A DNA stretch of 64,000 nt from an uncultured Gemmatimonadales bacterium (GTDB taxonomy: Bacteria; Gemmatimonadota; Gemmatimonadetes; Longimicrobiales; RSA9): positions 1,184,001-1,248,000 of the forward strand of contig OY970192.1 in assembly GCA_963708135.1 (NCBI GenBank), read 5' to 3'. The notes under the pieces are model-generated. The model saw nothing but the letters and a program-made list of their open reading frames with translations, was not told the origin of the DNA and searched no databases. Positions 59,670-64,000 of this stretch are shown piece by piece; the stretch's first letter is position 1; each line of letters begins with the position of its first letter. Made by a program: the position numbers and the translations under genes.

Positions 59670-62351
59670 TCACCGGAGCGTTAGCGTGGTGCGAGGCAGC
59701 GTATGGAACGCCTCGCGCAGTGAGTCGTAGGCGGGCCGCAGCCGGGCGGTCCACTCCGGCTGCTGCCACGTGGGCCAGGTGAAGAAGGCGCCGTCCGTGG
59801 CCCGCGCGGGCCAGCTGGCCCAGTCGCCATCGGCAGAGCGGGTCGCGGCCAGGATCCGGATCCCCGGCAGGATCTCGGTGGCCAGCGCGTCCTGCTCGCC
59901 GAACTCGGGGCTGGAGGTTCCGCCCGGGATCGGCCGCGCGTGGGCCTGCTCGAGCGCGCGCCTGGCGCTGGCGTCCGTGATGTCGATCAGCATCCACGGG
60001 ATGCGCACCTCGAGGGCGCCCGGCACGGCGCTCCACAGCCCGTCGGGCGGGTTGCCCGCCGGCAGCGCGCCGCGGTCGTAGCCGAGCGAGGGGTACTCCC
60101 TGCCGTCCGGCGTGAAGCGGCGCCCGTCCAGCACGACGTCGAGCGAGTCGTAGCGGCCCGACGAGTCGGCCACCGGCACCGTGGCGCGGCTCATCGTGTT
60201 CAGCACGCGCCCCTGGAACGCGCCGGGCAGCGGCGGCCCGTGCAGCGGAAAGGGCAGCGTCGGGTGTTCCGGCACGGTGTCCGGGATCGGCTGGATGGGG
60301 AAGGGAACCGCAGCCGGCTGCCCCACCACCTCGGCATGGCCGCCACCCGCCGTCACGGCGAACTCGACGCCTGAGGGCAGCGCCGGGCCGGCCGCGTAGC
60401 CGGGCCAGCGGAACGCGCCTCTCTTCGGGTTCCACAGGTCGAGGCCGACGAAAGTCCGGGCGGGCGGGGCCGTGCTGTCGTACTGTACGAGCACCCACAG
60501 GTACGAGGCGTCCGCCGCGGCGCGCACCTCGATGCCGTCGTGCGCCGGCGCCAGCGGCGGAAGCTTGCGCCAGGCCCGGAGACGCGCGGTCAGGTCGTCG
60601 CCTGGAACGGCTTGCGCGGCCTCCATGGCCACGAGCCCGAAGTACTGCTCGGGGTTCATGGCGTTCTTCCACATGCGCTGGCGCTCCAGCGGGATCGTCG
60701 TCGAGACCGCCACCCAGCTGCGCTTGAACCACTCGTCCATCCACTCGAAGGCGACGCCGCCCGCCGCCCCCGCGGCGGAGATCTCGCGCGTCATCTGCGC
60801 CAGAATGGCCGCGGCCTGCGCCTCCGTCAGCCCGCCGTGGTCCCGGCCCTCCGGCTGCACGTGGGCGGCGCCGATGCTGGGCGGGATGCCGTACTCGGCC
60901 ACGACCAGCGGCATGGGCGCGTAGTGGTCGCGCAGCGCGCGCACGTAGCGCTGGTAGCCGGAGCGGTGCTTCGGATCCGGCAGGTTGGCCTCGTGCACGA
61001 GGAAGTCGGGCCAGTACGGGTAGATGTGGTACGAGGCGAAGATGCCGCCCCGGAAGCCGCCCGTGCCCTCGAGCTTCTTCTCGTCCAGCGACACGGCATC
61101 CACGTCGAAGGGCGGCCCCACGCGCGTGATCTTCTCGCCCAGCGCGCGCCGGAACGCCAGCTCCTGCGTCTGCGTGGCCTCGGTGGGATGCGTCAGCGGG
61201 TCGAGCGGCGGCCAGTTGGTGAAGGCGACGGGGCGCTGCTCGTCGTAGCGGTCCATCTCGTGCGACACGAGCACGTCCAGCGCCCGCGCCATGACCGCCT
61301 CCATGGGCGTCACGCTGTCGGCCCGGATGTAGCGGCCCGGCCAGCCGCGCAGCTCGGGGTGCATGCGGTTGAACGACTCGACCGAGTACGGCTCCCACTC
61401 GCGGCCGATGAGATAGGCCAGGGTCCAGCGCGAGACGTCGGCGCGGTAGAAGCCGGAGGCGCGGCCGCGCATCGGCCGCACGTCGGCGCGCCCGTGCACG
61501 ATGTCCACGGCGGTCCGCAGATCCACGTCGAAGCCGTCCTTCCACTGGCTGCCCAGGTAGTCGTCGTCCGCCGGCAGCTCCGCCCACACGCCCTGGATCA
61601 GCCACAGCGGATGGTCCGGGTGCGCCATGTCGTAGGCGCGCAGCGCGCCGTAGAAGGCGGGCGGGTGCAGCGTGTAGACGCGGAGCGCGTTCGCCCCGAC
61701 CGCGCCGATCTTCTCCAGCCACCCCGCGTAGGTGGCGCTGTCCGGGAACTGGCTGGCGAACTTGCCGGGCAGCGCCGCGCCCAGGTCCACGCCCTTCACA
61801 TAGAAGGGGCGCCACGCGCCATCCGGCCCGCGCACCTCGAACGCCGGGCCGTCGGTGCGCGCCCACAGGACGAGCGAGTCGGGACGCTCGAAGCGCGGCA
61901 TGGGCGGGGGCGTGCCCATCCCCTCCGGCATCTCGGCCAGGTACTCCGCCGGCTCGGGACGGCGCGGATCCACCGCGTGCGCCTGGGTGAAGAGCGCGTA
62001 CGACTCGGCGAACGCGCCTACCTGAAACGCAGCAATGCCGCCGCCAACCAGCGCATCCGCGTCCGTGGGCGAGTGCTTGCGTGCCTGCGCGAAGTCGCGA
62101 CGCGCCGCGGGGATGTCTCCCCGGCGCAGCGCCACGAAGCCGAGGCCGTTCAGCGCGCCCACGTGCGCCCGGCACATGCGGTGCGCGTCGCCGAACGCCT
62201 CGCCGGCCGCCTTCACGTCGCCCCTGGCGAACGCGGCCCAGCCCGTCTGCACGATCGGGTTCGCCCCGCGCGGGCAGCGGTCGCGGACACGGATGCCGAG
62301 CGCGGCCACGCTGATGAAGGTGACCAGGATGACCAGCAGCGTCTTCTTCAT
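59670..62351 (-). CDS. TPR + glycoside hydrolase (clan GH-A-like TIM barrel)
   Basis: VKGVDLG, GANALRVYT, IGREW (acid/base-like), YHIYPY, AEYG (nucleophile-like), FEWMDEW. Confidence 0.72.
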   Translation of the reverse strand: MKKTLLVILVTFISVAALGIRVRDRCPRGANPIVQTGWAAFARGDVKAAGEAFGDAHRMCRAHVGALNGLGFVALRRGDIPAARRDFAQARKHSPTDADALVGGGIAAFQVGAFAESYALFTQAHAVDPRRPEPAEYLAEMPEGMGTPPPMPRFERPDSLVLWARTDGPAFEVRGPDGAWRPFYVKGVDLGAALPGKFASQFPDSATYAGWLEKIGAVGANALRVYTLHPPAFYGALRAYDMAHPDHPLWLIQGVWAELPADDDYLGSQWKDGFDVDLRTAVDIVHGRADVRPMRGRASGFYRADVSRWTLAYLIGREWEPYSVESFNRMHPELRGWPGRYIRADSVTPMEAVMARALDVLVSHEMDRYDEQRPVAFTNWPPLDPLTHPTEATQTQELAFRRALGEKITRVGPPFDVDAVSLDEKKLEGTGGFRGGIFASYHIYPYWPDFLVHEANLPDPKHRSGYQRYVRALRDHYAPMPLVVAEYGIPPSIGAAHVQPEGRDHGGLTEAQAAAILAQMTREISAAGAAGGVAFEWMDEWFKRSWVAVSTTIPLERQRMWKNAMNPEQYFGLVAMEAAQAVPGDDLTARLRAWRKLPPLAPAHDGIEVRAAADASYLWVLVQYDSTAPPARTFVGLDLWNPKRGAFRWPGYAAGPALPSGVEFAVTAGGGHAEVVGQPAAVPFPIQPIPDTVPEHPTLPFPLHGPPLPGAFQGRVLNTMSRATVPVADSSGRYDSLDVVLDGRRFTPDGREYPSLGYDRGALPAGNPPDGLWSAVPGALEVRIPWMLIDITDASARRALEQAHARPIPGGTSSPEFGEQDALATEILPGIRILAATRSADGDWASWPARATDGAFFTWPTWQQPEWTARLRPAYDSLREAFHTLPRTTLTLR

Positions 62352-62373
62352 CCGGTGTGCCCCCGGGAGCCGG

Positions 62374-62841
62374 TCACCGCTGCGGCCCCGCGCCGGGCGC
62401 GGCCGGCGCCCCGGCCGCCATGCGGGCGAGGTGCTCGCGGATGTCGGGGCGCTCCGGCGCCAGCTCGCGCGCCCGCGTCAGGCGCTCGCGCGCCCGCTCG
62501 AGCTCGCCCAGCTGGTAGCTGGCCACGCCGTCGCCCACGAGGGCGTCCACGGCGTTGGAGTCGTGCGCGAGGATCCACTCGAATTGGGCGCGCGCGCTGT
62601 CGGGGCGGCCCAGCCGGAGCTCGGCGAAGCCGAGGCCGGAATGCGCGTCCAGGTGCGACGGGCAGCTCGCCGCCGCGGCGCGGAAGCGCGCCTGCGCGCT
62701 GTCGATCGCGCCCGTCCGGTACGCGGCCCAGCCCTGCCGGGCCGCCTCGTTCGCGACGCGCGGGCAGGGATCGCGGTAATGCCAGGCGGCAACCGAGAGC
62801 GCGAGAAGCACGGCGCCGAGCACGAGCCAGGTCTTGGCCAT
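62374..62841 (-). CDS. Small membrane-anchored TPR protein
   Basis: GGAG RBS; TM then TPRs; colinear with the N-terminus of the next gene. Confidence 0.75.
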   Translation of the reverse strand: MAKTWLVLGAVLLALSVAAWHYRDPCPRVANEAARQGWAAYRTGAIDSAQARFRAAAASCPSHLDAHSGLGFAELRLGRPDSARAQFEWILAHDSNAVDALVGDGVASYQLGELERARERLTRARELAPERPDIREHLARMAAGAPAAPGAGPQR

Positions 62842-62864
62842 CTTGGGTCTCCTCGAAACCGCGT

Positions 62865-64000
62865 CTAGCGGGCGCGGGCGCGCAGGCCTATGCCGCCGCC
62901 CGCCGTGGCCGCGGCCAGGACGGTGTCCTCACTCTTCGGGGCGGCTCCCAGCGAGCCGTGGCGGTCCATCGCTCCCCAGCCCTTGCGGCCGCGGATCGCC
63001 GAGATCACGCCCTTGAAGCGCCAGAAGGCCAGCAGCTGCCGGTAGCCGAAGTTCTCGGCCACGGCCAGCCAGAGCAGCATGACGAAGTCGCGCATCCGCG
63101 TGTAGCGCCGGAAGACGAGCTCCTCGAGGCCCACGGCCGCCACCGACAGCGCGCTGCCGAACACGAGCGCGACGGCGATGAAGGCGATGATGAAGGGCAC
63201 CGAAAAGAGTCCCAGCGCGAGCGTCACGGCGAACGCGATGTAGCCGAGGAACTCGAGCGCCGGGCCGAGCCCTTCCAGGAACCAGAAGTAGGGGAAGGCG
63301 AGCATGCCGATGCGGCCGAACTTCGGGTTCAGCAGCATCTCGCCGTGATGGCCGAGCGCCTGGACCAAGCCGCGCTGCCAGCGGTCGCGCTGCCGCGCGA
63401 GCCCGCGCCACGTCTCCGGCGCCTCCGTCCAGGCGACGGGGTCCGGCACGAAGCTGATCCGGTACTCCCGCTTGGCCTCCCGAAAGTGGCGGTGCAGGCG
63501 GACGATCAGCTCCATGTCCTCGGCCACCGTGGCGGAGGAGTACCCGCCGGCGTCCACCACGGCCGAGCGGCGGAACAGGCCCAGCGCGCCGGAGATGATC
63601 AGCAGCACGTCCATCGCCGACCAGCCCATGCGGCCGGCCAGGAACGCGCGCAGGTACTCGACCACCTGGAAGCGCACCAGCATCCGCTTCGGCAGCCGCA
63701 CCCGCGAGATGGCGCCGTTCTCGACCACGCAGCCGTTCGCGATGCGAACGATCCCGCCCGCGGCGATGGTCGTGCCGTCCTCCATGAACGGCCGCACCAG
63801 CCGCATGAGCGCGCCCGGCTCCAGCACGCTGTCCGCGTCCATCGCGCAGAAGAGGGGTGTGTGGCAGAAGTTGAGGCCCGCGTTGAGCGCGTCCGCCTTG
63901 CCGCCGTTCTGCTTGTCGATCACCCACAGGTTGGGCAGCGTCTGGCTGCGGTAGATCTCGCGCACCCCCGCCGCCGGCAGGTCGGCCGTGTGCGCCCGGA
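62865..64000 (-). CDS. Processive GT2 polysaccharide synthase (PgaC/IcaA-like), 5' end beyond window
   Basis: NGGKADALN, DAD, AEDME, QRDRW motifs, C-terminal TMs. Confidence 0.88.
   Translation of the reverse strand, partial: RAHTADLPAAGVREIYRSQTLPNLWVIDKQNGGKADALNAGLNFCHTPLFCAMDADSVLEPGALMRLVRPFMEDGTTIAAGGIVRIANGCVVENGAISRVRLPKRMLVRFQVVEYLRAFLAGRMGWSAMDVLLIISGALGLFRRSAVVDAGGYSSATVAEDMELIVRLHRHFREAKREYRISFVPDPVAWTEAPETWRGLARQRDRWQRGLVQALGHHGEMLLNPKFGRIGMLAFPYFWFLEGLGPALEFLGYIAFAVTLALGLFSVPFIIAFIAVALVFGSALSVAAVGLEELVFRRYTRMRDFVMLLWLAVAENFGYRQLLAFWRFKGVISAIRGRKGWGAMDRHGSLGAAPKSEDTVLAAATAGGGIGLRARAR

Overview
High-GC bacterial chromosomal window; gene content suggests Gemmatimonadota or a similar diderm (inference only). 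In order: (1) a lower-GC surface-glycan cluster (GT4 x3, pyruvyl transferase, GT2, membrane proteins) interrupted by a complete IS256-family element with a 9-bp target duplication and a frameshifted transposase; (2) two PAS-GGDEF-EAL genes and a HAMP kinase/sigma54 activator pair; (3) a NatAB-like ABC exporter; (4) a ~3.5-kb repeat locus (20607-24070) built around a GxxExxY (PD-(D/E)XK-like) nuclease gene. The gene is bracketed by inverted copies of a ~28-bp motif, followed by a 10-unit tandem array derived from its own 3' end, and accompanied by several internally deleted mini-copies; this is the most unusual feature; (5) a lipoprotein and OM barrel gene, then a Tad/Flp pilus operon with DUF192 and an extra AAA ATPase; (6) c-di-GMP/two-component genes; (7) a candidate envelope/pilin modification cluster (prenyltransferase-repeat, Tat-DUF362, PAP2-like, GT-C-like proteins) and an orphan TadG-like gene; (8) a minus-strand synthase-type exopolysaccharide operon (GT2, TPR, TPR-glycoside hydrolase, TPR-beta-barrel). 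Three intergenic regions share a TGTAAC/GTTACA palindrome, a CACAACG box and sigma54-like -24/-12 elements. All family calls come from motif recognition, not database searches.
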